Notes: generated from the sequence alone by a model not told the origin. A DNA stretch of 64,000 nt from an uncultured Clostridia bacterium (GCA_934168355.1 CAKPNI010000005.1:927-64926), one strand, 5' to 3'; positions 19,556 through 30,366 are shown, numbered from the stretch's first letter. Made by a program: numbers and translations.

Positions 19556-20023
19556 ATGTCAAAAAAAATATGTGTATTATTAATTATATTAACTATGGGA
19601 GTGTTATCTGTTACAACAGGGGTATATGCAGCATCAAAGGTTACAACTTCGAAAACAACCAAGTCTGTAGCAGCAGAAAAAACAAATACAGAGAATGAAG
19701 TTTCAGTAACAAGTATGCAAGCTACATCAAATGAGACATTGGCTTCAGATTCAGCTGAAAATGTTACAGCTCAGGAAAATGAAACTACTGATGGAACAAC
19801 ATCATCAAATTCATCTGGACTTGGATTAATAGCAGCAGCTTTAGCAATAGGTTTATCTGCAATTGGTTCTGGTATAGCAGTTGCAGTTGTTGCATCAAGT
19901 GCAGTTGGGGCAATAAGTGAAAATCCAAGCTTATTAGGTAAAACAGTTATATTTGCAGGTCTTGCTGAAGGTATAGCTATTTATGGTTTGATTATTGCTA
20001 TTATGATTATAAGTAAAGTTTAA
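19556..20023 (+). CDS. ntpK: V/A-type ATPase proteolipid subunit K (c): a single hairpin preceded by a signal-peptide-like segment and a Ser/Thr-rich extension
   Basis: The C-terminal ~70 aa GLGLIAAALAIGLSAIGSGIAV...FAGLAEGIAIYGLIIAIMI is a c-subunit hairpin with the carboxylate Glu. The first 85 aa are a signal-like TM plus a T/S/E/N-rich linker. Confidence 0.8.
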   Translation: MSKKICVLLIILTMGVLSVTTGVYAASKVTTSKTTKSVAAEKTNTENEVSVTSMQATSNETLASDSAENVTAQENETTDGTTSSNSSGLGLIAAALAIGLSAIGSGIAVAVVASSAVGAISENPSLLGKTVIFAGLAEGIAIYGLIIAIMIISKV

Positions 20024-20032
20024 TTTTGTCCG

Positions 20033-20114
20033 TTTGGGACCGGTTCTTTTGTGAACATGTTCGTTTGGGACCGGTTCTTAAAAGAACATGTTCGCAAAAG
20101 AACCGGTCCAAAAA
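20033..20114. repeat. Composite palindromic repeat (units + + -, with GAACATGTTC mini-palindromes)
   Basis: TTTGGGACCGGTTCTTTT occurs twice, followed by AAAAGAACCGGTCCAAAAA. GAACATGTTC occurs twice between the units. Confidence 0.8.
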
Positions 20115-20135
20115 GAACAAAAAGGAGAGTTTTCA

Positions 20136-20369
20136 ATGAAAATTTATTGCATAACAGAAAATAATGACCTAGAGGTTGGTCTAAAACTTGCCGGATGTGA
20201 TGGAATTACATTGCAAGAAAATGACAATATAGAAGAAAAAATAGATGAAGTGGTAAAAAATAAAGAAATAGGAATACTTGTTGTAAGCAATGAAATTTAT
20301 AAAAAATCAAAAGAAAAAATAGATGATATAAGAATAAATAAAAAATTACCACTTATAACAATCATATAG
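20136..20369 (+). CDS. ntpF: V/A-type ATPase subunit F
   Basis: 78 aa MKIYCITENNDLEVGLKLAGCDG...ILVVS, typical of subunit F. ATG at 20136 follows an AAAGGAGAG SD. The ORF-track start at 20088 lies in the repeat. Confidence 0.75.
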   Translation: MKIYCITENNDLEVGLKLAGCDGITLQENDNIEEKIDEVVKNKEIGILVVSNEIYKKSKEKIDDIRINKKLPLITII

Positions 20370-20393
20370 CAATATAGCAATGGAGGAAAGAAA

Positions 20394-20958
20394 ATGGATG
20401 TAAATGAAAAATTACAACAATTCGGACAGAGTTTAGAGGAAATATCAAATAAAGAGTATAAGCAAATTGAACAAGAAGTTGATAATGAAATAAAAACAGG
20501 AATTGAGGAAGAAGTTAAGGAATATGAAAATAAAAAACAGGCAAATTTTGATAAGACTTCTCAAAGAATAGAAAAAGATTTTAATAAAAAAGTCTATAAT
20601 TATGAAATTCAATGTAAAAAAGAAATTATTGACGAGCAAAGAAAATTAAAAGAAAATCTAAAAAATGAGATTAGAAATAAGCTTGCCAAATTTGTGGAGA
20701 AAGACGAATACAAAGATATTTTAATAAAAAGTATAGATGAACGGATTAACAAAAATTGACGACAAAACAGATACTTATATTGGTTTAACTAAATCTGACA
20801 TTGAAAGATATTCGGAATTTCTAATTTCAAAATATAGCTTGCAATTAAAAGAAATAGATAGCAAATATATAGGTGGATGTATTTTGGAAAATGAACTTCA
20901 GGGAATTGTTATAGATAATACTTTATTAAACAAAATTGATGAAAAATTGAAAGGATAA
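20394..20958 (+). CDS. ntpE: V/A-type ATPase subunit E, split into 20394..20759 and 20737..20958; continuous with a +1 shift at CGG 20742..20744
   Basis: The N-terminal coiled coil (121 aa) plus the C-terminal globular part (...IGGCILENELQGIVIDNTLLNKI...) add up to one ~187-aa E subunit. The junction is GAT GAA C GGA TTA. Confidence 0.8.
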
Positions 20959-20963
20959 AACAA

Positions 20964-22742
20964 ATGCAAAAAAAGTATATAATTTCAATTAATGGACCAG
21001 TTATAAAAGCTAAAGGCGATGGAGACTTTGCGATGCATGATATTGTTCATATATCAGATGAGAAAATTCTAGGAGAAGTTATAAAACTTACAGGAGATAT
21101 TGCTACAATTCAGGTATATGAGGGAACGACAGGATTAAAAATTGGGCAAGATGTAATTGGAGCAGACGAGCCTTTGACTTTAGTTTTAGGTCCTGGAATA
21201 ATAAGTAATATATTTGATGGAATTGAAAGACCTCTTAAGTCTTTACAAGATGAATATGGAGATTTTATAAAAAGAGGTGCTTCAAATATTGGTGTTGATA
21301 CCGAAAAAAAGTGGCATTTTGTACCAAAACTTCAAGTAGGAGATACTGTAACTCTTAATTCTATAATAGGTGAAGTAAAAGAAACAGAGCTTATTACAAA
21401 TAAAATAATGAATAAATTTGATTGCAATGCGAAAATTATAGAAATTGCTGAAGAGGGAGATTATACTGTACTTGAAACAATTGCCAAAATAGAAACAATG
21501 GAAGAAGAAAGTCAAGTATTAGAACTTAATATGGTTCAAAAATGGCCAGTTAGAAAGCCAAGACCATATAAAAATAGACTTACAATATCTACTCCATTAA
21601 TTACAGGACAAAGGGTAATAGATACTTTGTTTCCGATTGCAAAAGGTGGAACAGCAATGATACCGGGTGGTTTTGGCACCGGAAAAACAGTAACACAGCA
21701 TCAATTAGCTAAATGGTCAAATGCAGATATAATTGTATATATAGGATGCGGAGAACGTGGAAATGAAATGACAGAAGTTTTGGAGGATTTTCCAAAATTA
21801 AAAGATCCTAAGTCTGGTAGGCCCTTAATGGATAGAACGGTTTTAATTGCAAATACATCAAATATGCCAGTTGCAGCAAGGGAAACATCTATTTATACAG
21901 GAATTACAATAGCAGAATATTACAGAGACATGGGATATGATGTAGCAATAATGGCAGATTCAACATCAAGATGGGCAGAGGCACTTCGTGAGATATCGGG
22001 AAGACTTGAAGAAATGCCAGCAGAAGAAGGATTTCCGTCATATTTGCCATCAAGGTTATCAGAATTTTATGGAAGAGCAGGAATGGTTGAAACTTTAAAT
22101 GGAAACACAGGTTCTGTAACAATTATAGGTGCTGTATCTCCACAAGGTTCGGACTTTTCAGAACCTGTTACGCAAAATACAAAAAGATTTGTCCATGTAT
22201 TTTGGGGGTTAAACAGAACTCTAGCATATTCAAGACATTATCCTGCAATAGATTGGAATATAAGTTACAGTGAATATGTAGATAACTTATCAGATTGGTA
22301 TGATGATAATGTGGATAGTGAATTTTTAGAGTATAGAACAAGAATTGTTAAAATATTGGAAAAAGAAAATGAGCTTCTTGAAATTGCAAGAGTTGTAGGT
22401 CAAGATGTTTTGTCTGATGATAAAAAGCTTTTGCTAGAGATTGCAAGTAGTATAAGAATTGGATTTTTACAACAAAATTCTTTTAATGATATTGATACTT
22501 CTGTACCAATTGAAAAACAATTTAAGATGATGGAAACTATTATTTTGATTTATGATAGAGCTTTAAAACTTATTAATAAAGGAATTCCAATTTCTGAAAT
22601 TAAGAAGACAGGGCTTTTTGAGGAATACAATGAACTTAAGTATAATGTTAGAAATGATGAAATTGGTAAGATTGATGAGTTTGATGTTAGGATTAAAAAT
22701 AGATTGAAGAAGTTGGAAGATGAATATAGAGAGCATATTTAA
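20964..22742 (+). CDS. ntpA: V/A-type ATPase catalytic subunit A
   Basis: Walker [10 protein letters not shown], plus the non-homologous insert region typical of A subunits. 592 aa. Confidence 0.95.
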   Translation: MQKKYIISINGPVIKAKGDGDFAMHDIVHISDEKILGEVIKLTGDIATIQVYEGTTGLKIGQDVIGADEPLTLVLGPGIISNIFDGIERPLKSLQDEYGDFIKRGASNIGVDTEKKWHFVPKLQVGDTVTLNSIIGEVKETELITNKIMNKFDCNAKIIEIAEEGDYTVLETIAKIETMEEESQVLELNMVQKWPVRKPRPYKNRLTISTPLITGQRVIDTLFPIAKGGTAMIPGGFGTGKTVTQHQLAKWSNADIIVYIGCGERGNEMTEVLEDFPKLKDPKSGRPLMDRTVLIANTSNMPVAARETSIYTGITIAEYYRDMGYDVAIMADSTSRWAEALREISGRLEEMPAEEGFPSYLPSRLSEFYGRAGMVETLNGNTGSVTIIGAVSPQGSDFSEPVTQNTKRFVHVFWGLNRTLAYSRHYPAIDWNISYSEYVDNLSDWYDDNVDSEFLEYRTRIVKILEKENELLEIARVVGQDVLSDDKKLLLEIASSIRIGFLQQNSFNDIDTSVPIEKQFKMMETIILIYDRALKLINKGIPISEIKKTGLFEEYNELKYNVRNDEIGKIDEFDVRIKNRLKKLEDEYREHI

Positions 22743-22750
22743 TTCTGGCT

Positions 22751-22831
22751 CGCAAAGGAACTTTTTTCGTGAAAAGAAACGGTCCCAATGGAAAAAGAAA
22801 CGATTTTTTCGCGAAAAGAAACGGTCCCGAT
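22751..22831. repeat. Direct repeat of two minus-orientation units of the repeat family (42-nt period)
   Basis: TTTTTTCGTGAAAAGAAACGGTCCCAAT (22762..22789) and TTTTTTCGCGAAAAGAAACGGTCCCGAT (22804..22831), plus a partial CGCAAAGGAAC. Confidence 0.8.
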
Positions 22832-22842
22832 GAAAAAAAGAG

Positions 22843-24165
22843 GTGAAAAACTTGAAAATAAAATATTTAGGTCTACAAGAAATAAATGGACCACTTGTAT
22901 TTATAAAAACACCCAAAGATGTATCATTTGAAGAGCAGGTAGAAATAACTTTAAAAAATGGAGAAAAAAGAATAGGAAATGTTTTGCGCTTAGATGACGA
23001 CATAACGACAATACAAGTATATAAAGGAACAAATGAAATTAATATAAAAGATGTTCAAACAGAATTTATGGGTGAACCATTAAAAATAAAACTATCACCA
23101 CTAATGCTAGGAAGAGTATTTGATGGTGCAGGAAAGCCAATTGATGGATTAGGAGATATTGAGACAAATATTTCAAGAGACATAAATTCAAACCCAATAA
23201 ATCCAATTGCAAGGAAATATCCTCGTAATTATATTCATACAGGAATATCAACAATTGATGGATTAATCACATTAATAAGAGGACAAAAAATACCGATTTT
23301 CTCTGGAAGTGGATTAAATCATAATGAGCTTGCAGAAAGAATAATAAGACAATCAAACATAACAGATGGAGGAAAATTTGCAATTGTATTTGGCCTTATG
23401 GGAGCCGAATTTGAAACAGCTGAATTTTTTAGAAAAAGTTTTGAGGAAAACGGAGTACTTTCAAAAGTTGTAATGTTTCAGAATTTGTCTAATGATGCAT
23501 CAGTAGAAAGGATACTTACTCCAAAAGTTGCACTAACATGTGCTGAATATTTAGCATTTGATTTAGGATACCAAGTATTAGTTGTATTAACAGATATGAC
23601 AGCATATGCAGAAGCTTTAAGAGAGGTATCGACTTTAAAAGGAGAAATTCCAAGCAGAAAAGGATATCCGGGATATCTGTATAGTGATTTAGCATCAATT
23701 TATGAAAGAGCAGGAATGATTGAAGGAAGAGTTGGATCAATAACTCAAATTCCAATACTTACAATGCCAAATGATGATATATCTCACCCAATACCTGATT
23801 TAACAGGATATATAACAGAAGGGCAAATTGTTTTGGGAAGAGATTTGTATCAAAAAGGAATAAATCCACCAATTGATATTTTACAGTCGCTTTCAAGACT
23901 TATGAAAGATGGAATTGGAAAAGGTTATACAAGAGAGGACCATTCTAAACTTGCAGATAAAATTTTTGCAGCATACTCTAAGGTTCAGGATGTAAGGGCT
24001 CTGGCAACTGTTCTTGGAGAGGCGGATTTGACTGAAGAAGATAAGAAGTATTTGAAGTTTGGAAATGAGTTTGAAGATAGGTTTATTAATCAGGATAGTA
24101 GCGATAATCGTTCTATGGATGATACTTTGAATTTGATGGAAGAACTTTTGAAGATATTGGAGTGA
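22843..24165 (+). CDS. ntpB: V/A-type ATPase subunit B
   Basis: Typical B-subunit sequence (GPLVFI..., [33 protein letters not shown]). The start is GTG 22843 or, more likely, TTG 22852 downstream of an AGAGGTG SD. Confidence 0.9.
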   Translation: MKNLKIKYLGLQEINGPLVFIKTPKDVSFEEQVEITLKNGEKRIGNVLRLDDDITTIQVYKGTNEINIKDVQTEFMGEPLKIKLSPLMLGRVFDGAGKPIDGLGDIETNISRDINSNPINPIARKYPRNYIHTGISTIDGLITLIRGQKIPIFSGSGLNHNELAERIIRQSNITDGGKFAIVFGLMGAEFETAEFFRKSFEENGVLSKVVMFQNLSNDASVERILTPKVALTCAEYLAFDLGYQVLVVLTDMTAYAEALREVSTLKGEIPSRKGYPGYLYSDLASIYERAGMIEGRVGSITQIPILTMPNDDISHPIPDLTGYITEGQIVLGRDLYQKGINPPIDILQSLSRLMKDGIGKGYTREDHSKLADKIFAAYSKVQDVRALATVLGEADLTEEDKKYLKFGNEFEDRFINQDSSDNRSMDDTLNLMEELLKILE

Positions 24166-24169
24166 GCTA

Positions 24170-24781
24170 ATGGGAAAAACATATTTATCAACAAAAAATA
24201 ATTTACTAAAATTACAAAATTCTATAAAAGAATATAAAAATGGGCAAATGCTTATAGAAGAAAAGGAACTTATACTAAAAAATAAACTAGAGAGTTATAA
24301 AGATGAAGCAAAAAATACACAGAACAAATTAAATGAAATATTAAAAGATGCAGAAGATACCTTAAAAAAAGCAATTGTAGATGTAGGATTTGATGAATTA
24401 ATTGATATTTCAAATGCCATTAAAGATGATGATACAATTCATATAAAAAATATAACTTTAATGGGTGTTGAGATACCATCTGTTATTTCGAACAATTTGG
24501 ATATAGTGCCAAATTATGGATTTTATAACACTACTGCTGCTGTTGATGAGAGTATTGTTAAGTTTATTGAAGTTAAGAAATTGATAATTAAACTTGCTGA
24601 AATTAATAATACTATGGTTCGTTTGCAAAATGCTATTGAAAAACTAGGTAGAAGGTCTAATGCTCTTAAGGAAGTTATTATTCCTAGGGATGAGGGTTTG
24701 GCTAAAAAGATTAGTTTGGCTTTGGAGGAAGAAGAGAGAGATGAGTTTGTGAGACTTAAGGTTGTGAAGAGCAAACAATAA
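24170..24781 (+). CDS. ntpD: V/A-type ATPase subunit D
   Basis: 203-aa coiled-coil protein; last gene of the operon. Confidence 0.8.
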   Translation: MGKTYLSTKNNLLKLQNSIKEYKNGQMLIEEKELILKNKLESYKDEAKNTQNKLNEILKDAEDTLKKAIVDVGFDELIDISNAIKDDDTIHIKNITLMGVEIPSVISNNLDIVPNYGFYNTTAAVDESIVKFIEVKKLIIKLAEINNTMVRLQNAIEKLGRRSNALKEVIIPRDEGLAKKISLALEEEERDEFVRLKVVKSKQ

Positions 24782-24813
24782 AACACAATTAATATATGGA
24801 AGGAGAAAATTTT

Positions 24814-26346
24814 ATGAGAAAATATGATAAGGACAAAGGAATTACTTTAATTGCTTTGGCTGTAAGTATAATTGTTTTAATAATTTTAGCAGGTGTAAGC
24901 ATATCGATGCTAACGGGCCAGAATGGTATATTAGAAAGAACGAGCGAAGCAAAGAAGAAAGCTCAGGTTGCAAATGAAAAAGAGGCTGTAAATATGGCTG
25001 CATTGGAAGCATTGACATTAGGAAATGGAACAATTAGTAAAAATACATTAAAAACATCAATGAAATCATATTTAGGACAAGATGTAGAATTAGTTGGAGA
25101 AGGACCATGGAAATATAAAGGAACAGATGGAGTATATGTAATAAATGAATCAGGAACTGTAAAAAGTGGATGGATATGTAATTATGACAAAAATGGAGCA
25201 CCAGAGAGTGTAACAAATGGAAAGGTAACATTAAATATAGGAGACTATATAAATTATGATCCGGGAACAGAGGAAAGCTATACATCACCAACTGGAACAT
25301 ATCAACAGGTTTCGTATTATGTAACAGGACCAGATTCAAATAAAATCACACGATTGTGGAGATGTGCCAATGCGTCAGATTATCAAAAAATGTTAGATGA
25401 TGGAACAGTTCAAAAAGGAAATGGTCACTCAAATCAGACTTTTGCTGCATCAAATGCAAGTAATGTAAAATGGAAAGTGTTGGGAACAGATGATGAAACA
25501 GGAGAATTATTAATTGTAGCAGCAGATGTATTAAAAAATACAGATAATTCTACAAAAAAATTGGTTTTAAGAGGAATAACGGGATACTTAAATGGAGTAG
25601 AAGAGTTAAACAAAGTGTGTCAAATATACGGAAAAGGAAAAGGAGCAACAGGAGCAAGAAGTATAAATTATGATGATATAGGAACAGTAATAGGGAGAAA
25701 AAGAGGTGTTAATATAGAGAGCCGTACATATACATGGATAGCAAATTCAAATACAAATCATTCACCATCATATAATGGAGGAAAAAATTATTTGAAGTAT
25801 TGGCATACAAAAGCAGATGAAAAGTCTATAAAAGATTATGATGCAAGTAATCCAAAAGACGAAAAACTTTTAAAAACAACATCAACAGGAGTATTTAATT
25901 TTTACAATACTGCAACAGGAAAATGGGAAACAAATACACAAGAATTAAATGGCTTAACAGAGACAAAAACAATAGGAATAGTAAAACCAGATTATGTAGG
26001 ATATGAAAGTGTAACAGCAGAACAACAAGCAACAAAAGGATATAATGTAGTATTTAAAACAGATGCAGGAGAAGAAATAGTAAAAGATGTTTATAAAGAT
26101 GGAGTGCAAAGTGGAGATAACAATAGATATTGGTTGAGCTCATCGTATTGCAATACAAGCTCAAATCATGCAAATTGGGGATTGTATGATGTGTATGCAA
26201 GTGGTAGTGTTCACGGCCATGGCGCTTATAATTCGTTCGGCAATGCTAATGCACCAAGTGACGGTGTCCGTCCCGTAGTTTATCTGGACTCTGACATCCA
26301 ATTAGAAGCAAATTCAACTCAGGCTAATACATATGATATAAAGTAA
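24814..26346 (+). CDS. Large secreted/surface protein with a pilin-like N-terminal leader (KGITLIAL...) and a C-terminal YWL...GVRPVVYL domain
   Basis: ATG at 24814 follows a GGAAGGAG SD. The leader MRKYDKDKGITLIALAVSIIVLIILAGVSISMLTGQNGIL is shared with CDS 26501 and 59114. Confidence 0.7.
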   Translation: MRKYDKDKGITLIALAVSIIVLIILAGVSISMLTGQNGILERTSEAKKKAQVANEKEAVNMAALEALTLGNGTISKNTLKTSMKSYLGQDVELVGEGPWKYKGTDGVYVINESGTVKSGWICNYDKNGAPESVTNGKVTLNIGDYINYDPGTEESYTSPTGTYQQVSYYVTGPDSNKITRLWRCANASDYQKMLDDGTVQKGNGHSNQTFAASNASNVKWKVLGTDDETGELLIVAADVLKNTDNSTKKLVLRGITGYLNGVEELNKVCQIYGKGKGATGARSINYDDIGTVIGRKRGVNIESRTYTWIANSNTNHSPSYNGGKNYLKYWHTKADEKSIKDYDASNPKDEKLLKTTSTGVFNFYNTATGKWETNTQELNGLTETKTIGIVKPDYVGYESVTAEQQATKGYNVVFKTDAGEEIVKDVYKDGVQSGDNNRYWLSSSYCNTSSNHANWGLYDVYASGSVHGHGAYNSFGNANAPSDGVRPVVYLDSDIQLEANSTQANTYDIK

Positions 26347-26500
26347 AATAAAACTCGTTAAAAAGTATTTGAAAATATTACAAAAACATTACAATAATAT
26401 TACATTTTTATTATATTTTGACCAATGATGTTGAATATAAACTGTTAGTGTAGTAAAATGATTATATGACATAAAATAATATGTGATAGGAGAAAATTTT

Positions 26501-28363
26501 ATGAGAAAATATGACAAAAATAAGGGAATTACTTTAATTGCTTTGGTTGTAAGTATTATTGTGCTTTTGATATTAGCAGGAATAAGCATAAATATGCTAA
26601 CAGGAGAAAATGGAATAATAAGGCGAGCTGGAGAGGCAAAAAGTGCAACAGAAGTTGCGAATGAAAAAGAAGGTGTGCAAGAATCAGTTATTGTAGCAAC
26701 AATGACAGATTCGACAATAACAGAAAGCAATTTAAAAACAGCACTAAACAATAGATTTGGAACCGGAAAAACAACAGTAGAGGATAATAAAGATAATTCA
26801 TATACTATTACAATAAACGATTCTAAAAGAGAATATACTATAGAAGATGATGGCTCTATATTTGATGGAGCATATAGCAAATGGGATGGAACCAGTTCAT
26901 CTGAACCAACAAACAAAACTTTGAATGAAATTCACATTTATACTGTACCAGAACTAAAATGGTTGGCAGACCAAGTTAATAATGAAGGAAATACTTTTGA
27001 AAATTATACTATTTATTTGGAAAATAACTTGGACTTAGGTGCTAGAGGTAGTGATGATAATTGGGAAACTAGCGAGAATGAGAGTGTGAAGTGGACAGCT
27101 ATTGGAAAAACTTCGACTAATATGTTGAAAGGAACTTTTGAGGGAAATAATCATGTTATAAAGGGTGTTTATGTTAATAGTGAGGATAGTTTTAATGGTA
27201 TATTTGGAAATTCTTGGTCTATACAAAATTTGACGGTGAAAAATAGTTATATAAAAGGAGGTGAGCAAACCGGGGGAATAGTTGGACGTTTAAGAGATGG
27301 AGAAGTAAAGAATTGTCATAATATTAATACAATGGTTGTTATTATAGATAACAATTATTTTGGTGGAGGAATAATTGGAGCAGCAAGTTCTGGTAGCATA
27401 ATAGATTGCAGTAATACTGGAATGATTGTCGGAAATAAACGTATATATGGAAATTACGAATATAGTATTGTTGCTGGAATAGTAGGGACAACATCTGGTA
27501 ATGTAAAAGTTTCAAGTTGTTATAATAGTGGAAATGTAGTAGGTAAAGGAAGCATAGTTGGAGGAATAGTGGCACAAGCAAAAGCAACAACACAGATTTT
27601 AGATTCTTATAATATTGGAAAAGTGACGGGACCAAGAGATACTGGAGGAATAGTAGGAGGTACATATGGTTCTTCGGAAGTATCAAACAGCTACAATATA
27701 GGAAATATTAATGGAACAGAAATAGTAGGAGGTATAGTAGGAGCGACACACGATTCTTCAACGGTATCAAATAGCTACAACACAGGAAATATCAATGGAA
27801 CAGAGAGTGTTGGAGGTATAGTAGGAGGCACATATAGTTCTTCAACAGTATCAAACAACTACAACACAGGAAATATCAGTGGAACGAACTTCATTGGAGG
27901 AATAGTTGGAACAGCTACTAATATAATAACAAAATGTTATAATACAGGAAATATTGTAAGTAATGGAACAGAGGGCACTGGCGGAATAGTTGGAACTTGT
28001 GTAACAAAAATTCCCCAAAATATCAGCCTATGCTACAACTCAGGAAAAGTCCAAGCACCAGAAAATGCAGGAGGAATAAGTGGCTATTTAGGGGCAGAAG
28101 GCTATGGAGCTCAAGAATACAAATGTTATAACAAAGGAAAAATAATATGTACAACAGACACAACAGGACAAGGAGAAATCATAGGAAAAACAGCTACTGA
28201 TGCAACTATTACTGATTGCTATTACTATACAACTGATACTAGTAGATATGGAATAGGAACAACAAATAGTGGAGGAAACATAGAAACACTAAGAGCTGGA
28301 ACTCAACGCACAGAACAAGATTTTAAATCATATGATGAATTTATAAAATGGATAGAAAAATAA
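26501..28363 (+). CDS. Large surface protein with a pilin-like N-terminal leader and GLUG-type (GGIVG) repeats
   Basis: Same leader and 5' nucleotide cassette as CDS 24814. At least 9 repeats of the form N.GN(I/V).G....GGIVG....S.V.N.YN. Confidence 0.7.
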   Translation: MRKYDKNKGITLIALVVSIIVLLILAGISINMLTGENGIIRRAGEAKSATEVANEKEGVQESVIVATMTDSTITESNLKTALNNRFGTGKTTVEDNKDNSYTITINDSKREYTIEDDGSIFDGAYSKWDGTSSSEPTNKTLNEIHIYTVPELKWLADQVNNEGNTFENYTIYLENNLDLGARGSDDNWETSENESVKWTAIGKTSTNMLKGTFEGNNHVIKGVYVNSEDSFNGIFGNSWSIQNLTVKNSYIKGGEQTGGIVGRLRDGEVKNCHNINTMVVIIDNNYFGGGIIGAASSGSIIDCSNTGMIVGNKRIYGNYEYSIVAGIVGTTSGNVKVSSCYNSGNVVGKGSIVGGIVAQAKATTQILDSYNIGKVTGPRDTGGIVGGTYGSSEVSNSYNIGNINGTEIVGGIVGATHDSSTVSNSYNTGNINGTESVGGIVGGTYSSSTVSNNYNTGNISGTNFIGGIVGTATNIITKCYNTGNIVSNGTEGTGGIVGTCVTKIPQNISLCYNSGKVQAPENAGGISGYLGAEGYGAQEYKCYNKGKIICTTDTTGQGEIIGKTATDATITDCYYYTTDTSRYGIGTTNSGGNIETLRAGTQRTEQDFKSYDEFIKWIEK

Positions 28364-28423
28364 AATATATATAACTCAAAATCATATATATGTATATTTT
28401 TAAGGTAGTGCTAAAAAGAAAAT

Positions 28424-28461
28424 GAGAAAAGAGCAAAAACATTGCTGTTTTCTCTTTTTTT
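28424..28461 (+). terminator. Intrinsic terminator
   Basis: Stem GAGAAAAGAGCA/TGCTGTTTTCTC (1 mismatch) followed by T7. Confidence 0.65.
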
Positions 28462-28643
28462 GACGCTTTAGTAAAAACCTAAAAAATTTACTATACAAAA
28501 AATTAAAAAATGTATATCAAATTAGTTGAAAAATGTATATTAAATATTTAAAAGCAATAAAATACAAAAACATTTCCAATACCACTTGAACACAACAAAA
28601 CTTTGTGATATAGTATTAAAAACTAGATAAGGAGTGGATAAAT

Positions 28644-30356
28644 TTGAAGAAAAAAATCAATTATTTCAAAACATACGAAATAGAAGATTTAAAAGACATG
28701 TTAGAAAAAACAGCCAATAAAAATAGCACAAAAACAGCATTTAAAGTAAAAGATAATAGTGGAAAAATAATAAACAAAACCTATATAGATTTCAAAAACG
28801 ATGTACAAAATCTATCAACAAAACTAATACAAATGGGACTACAAAACCAAAGAATAGCAGTAATAGGAAAAAATAGCTACTCTTGGGCAGTATCATATTT
28901 AGCATCAACCATAATAGGAATAGTAGTGCCAATAGATAAAGAAGCATCAAAAGAAAATATAAAAGAATTTTTAAATGTATCAAACTCTAAAGCAGTAATT
29001 GCGGATGACAAATACCTAAACGAAATTTTTGAGTTCAAATCAGAGCTAAAAAATGAAACAATATTAATAGATATGCAAAATACATCAAAATACACTAATT
29101 TATCAGATTTAATGACAGATGGCAAAAAATTGATTGATGGTGGAAACAAAGACTACGAAAACATCAAAATAAATCCAGATGAAATGAAAATATTATTATT
29201 CACATCAGGAACAACAGGAAACTCAAAAGCAGTTATGTTATCACATAAAAATATATGCTCAAATATAGTTTCAATTGCAAGCATAGTAAAAGTAGACAAT
29301 TCCACAAAAGTATTATCAATTTTACCTTTACATCATACATATGAATGCACAATAGGATATTTACTAGTAGTATATGGTGGAGGAACAATATGCTATTGTG
29401 AGGGACTAAGATATATTACAAAAAATATACAAGAATATCAGCCAACATTTATACTATGTGTGCCACTACTTTTAGAAAATGTATATAAAAAAGTAATAAA
29501 AACATTAAAATCAAGTTTGCCAGAAAAATATACAAAAGACGAAAGCAAAATAATAGATAATTTACCATTCTATCTAAAAGGAATAGTAAAAAAGAAAGTA
29601 AAGAAATCACTAGGCGGAAAAATAAAAACATTTATAGTAGGGGCTGCAGCAATCAAACCAGAATTAGTAGAAGTATTTTTTAAACTTGGAATAAAGGTTT
29701 TACAGGGATATGGCTTAACAGAATGTTCACCTTTAGTTGCAGGAAACAACGATTTTTACTACAAAGCAGCATCTTGTGGAATGCCAATACCAAATGTAGA
29801 ATATAAAATAGACAATCCAAATGATGAGGGAATTGGAGAGATAATTGTAAAAGGTCAAAATATCATGCTTGGATATTATAAAAATGAAGAAGCAACTAAA
29901 AAGGTATTAAAAGATGGATGGTTTCATACAGGTGATTTGGGCTATATTGATGATGAAGAATTTTTGTATATTTCAGGTAGAAGCAAGAACATGATTTTAA
30001 CAAAAAACGGAGAAAATATTTACCCAGAAGAAATTGAAAATATTTTAAATGATGATGATTTAATAGAAGAATCACTAGTTATTGGAACATCAAATGGAAA
30101 AGATGATGTTCAAGTTAAAGCTAAGATATTTCCAAATATAGAAGCGATTAAAGAATATCTTGGAAATAAGTTTCCTACTAAGGAAGAGATAAGTAAGATA
30201 TTAAATGAAGCTGTAAAAAAAGCAAATGCAAAATTGCCTAATTTTAAACATATTAAGTCTTTTAAGATTATGGATGAAGATTTTGAAAGAACTACAACTA
30301 ATAAGGTTAAGAGATTTGGTAAGAATGTCGAGGATGATGATAGTAAGGAAAAATGA
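28644..30356 (+). CDS. AMP-forming long-chain acyl-CoA ligase (FadD-like)
   Basis: AMP-binding motif LLFTSGTTGNSKAVMLSH, plus GYGLTE and TGDLGYIDDEEFLYISGRSKN. TTG start with an AAGGAG SD. Confidence 0.85.
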   Translation: MKKKINYFKTYEIEDLKDMLEKTANKNSTKTAFKVKDNSGKIINKTYIDFKNDVQNLSTKLIQMGLQNQRIAVIGKNSYSWAVSYLASTIIGIVVPIDKEASKENIKEFLNVSNSKAVIADDKYLNEIFEFKSELKNETILIDMQNTSKYTNLSDLMTDGKKLIDGGNKDYENIKINPDEMKILLFTSGTTGNSKAVMLSHKNICSNIVSIASIVKVDNSTKVLSILPLHHTYECTIGYLLVVYGGGTICYCEGLRYITKNIQEYQPTFILCVPLLLENVYKKVIKTLKSSLPEKYTKDESKIIDNLPFYLKGIVKKKVKKSLGGKIKTFIVGAAAIKPELVEVFFKLGIKVLQGYGLTECSPLVAGNNDFYYKAASCGMPIPNVEYKIDNPNDEGIGEIIVKGQNIMLGYYKNEEATKKVLKDGWFHTGDLGYIDDEEFLYISGRSKNMILTKNGENIYPEEIENILNDDDLIEESLVIGTSNGKDDVQVKAKIFPNIEAIKEYLGNKFPTKEEISKILNEAVKKANAKLPNFKHIKSFKIMDEDFERTTTNKVKRFGKNVEDDDSKEK

Positions 30357-30366
30357 TTATAAAAAA

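Noticed and set aside
26220-26300. A locally GC-richer patch at the 3' end of CDS 24814..26346 as a sign of a mosaic or foreign segment.
   Set aside because: It is short (~80 nt) and encodes the conserved ...GVRPVVYLD motif of the domain. Codon constraint is a simpler explanation than horizontal transfer.
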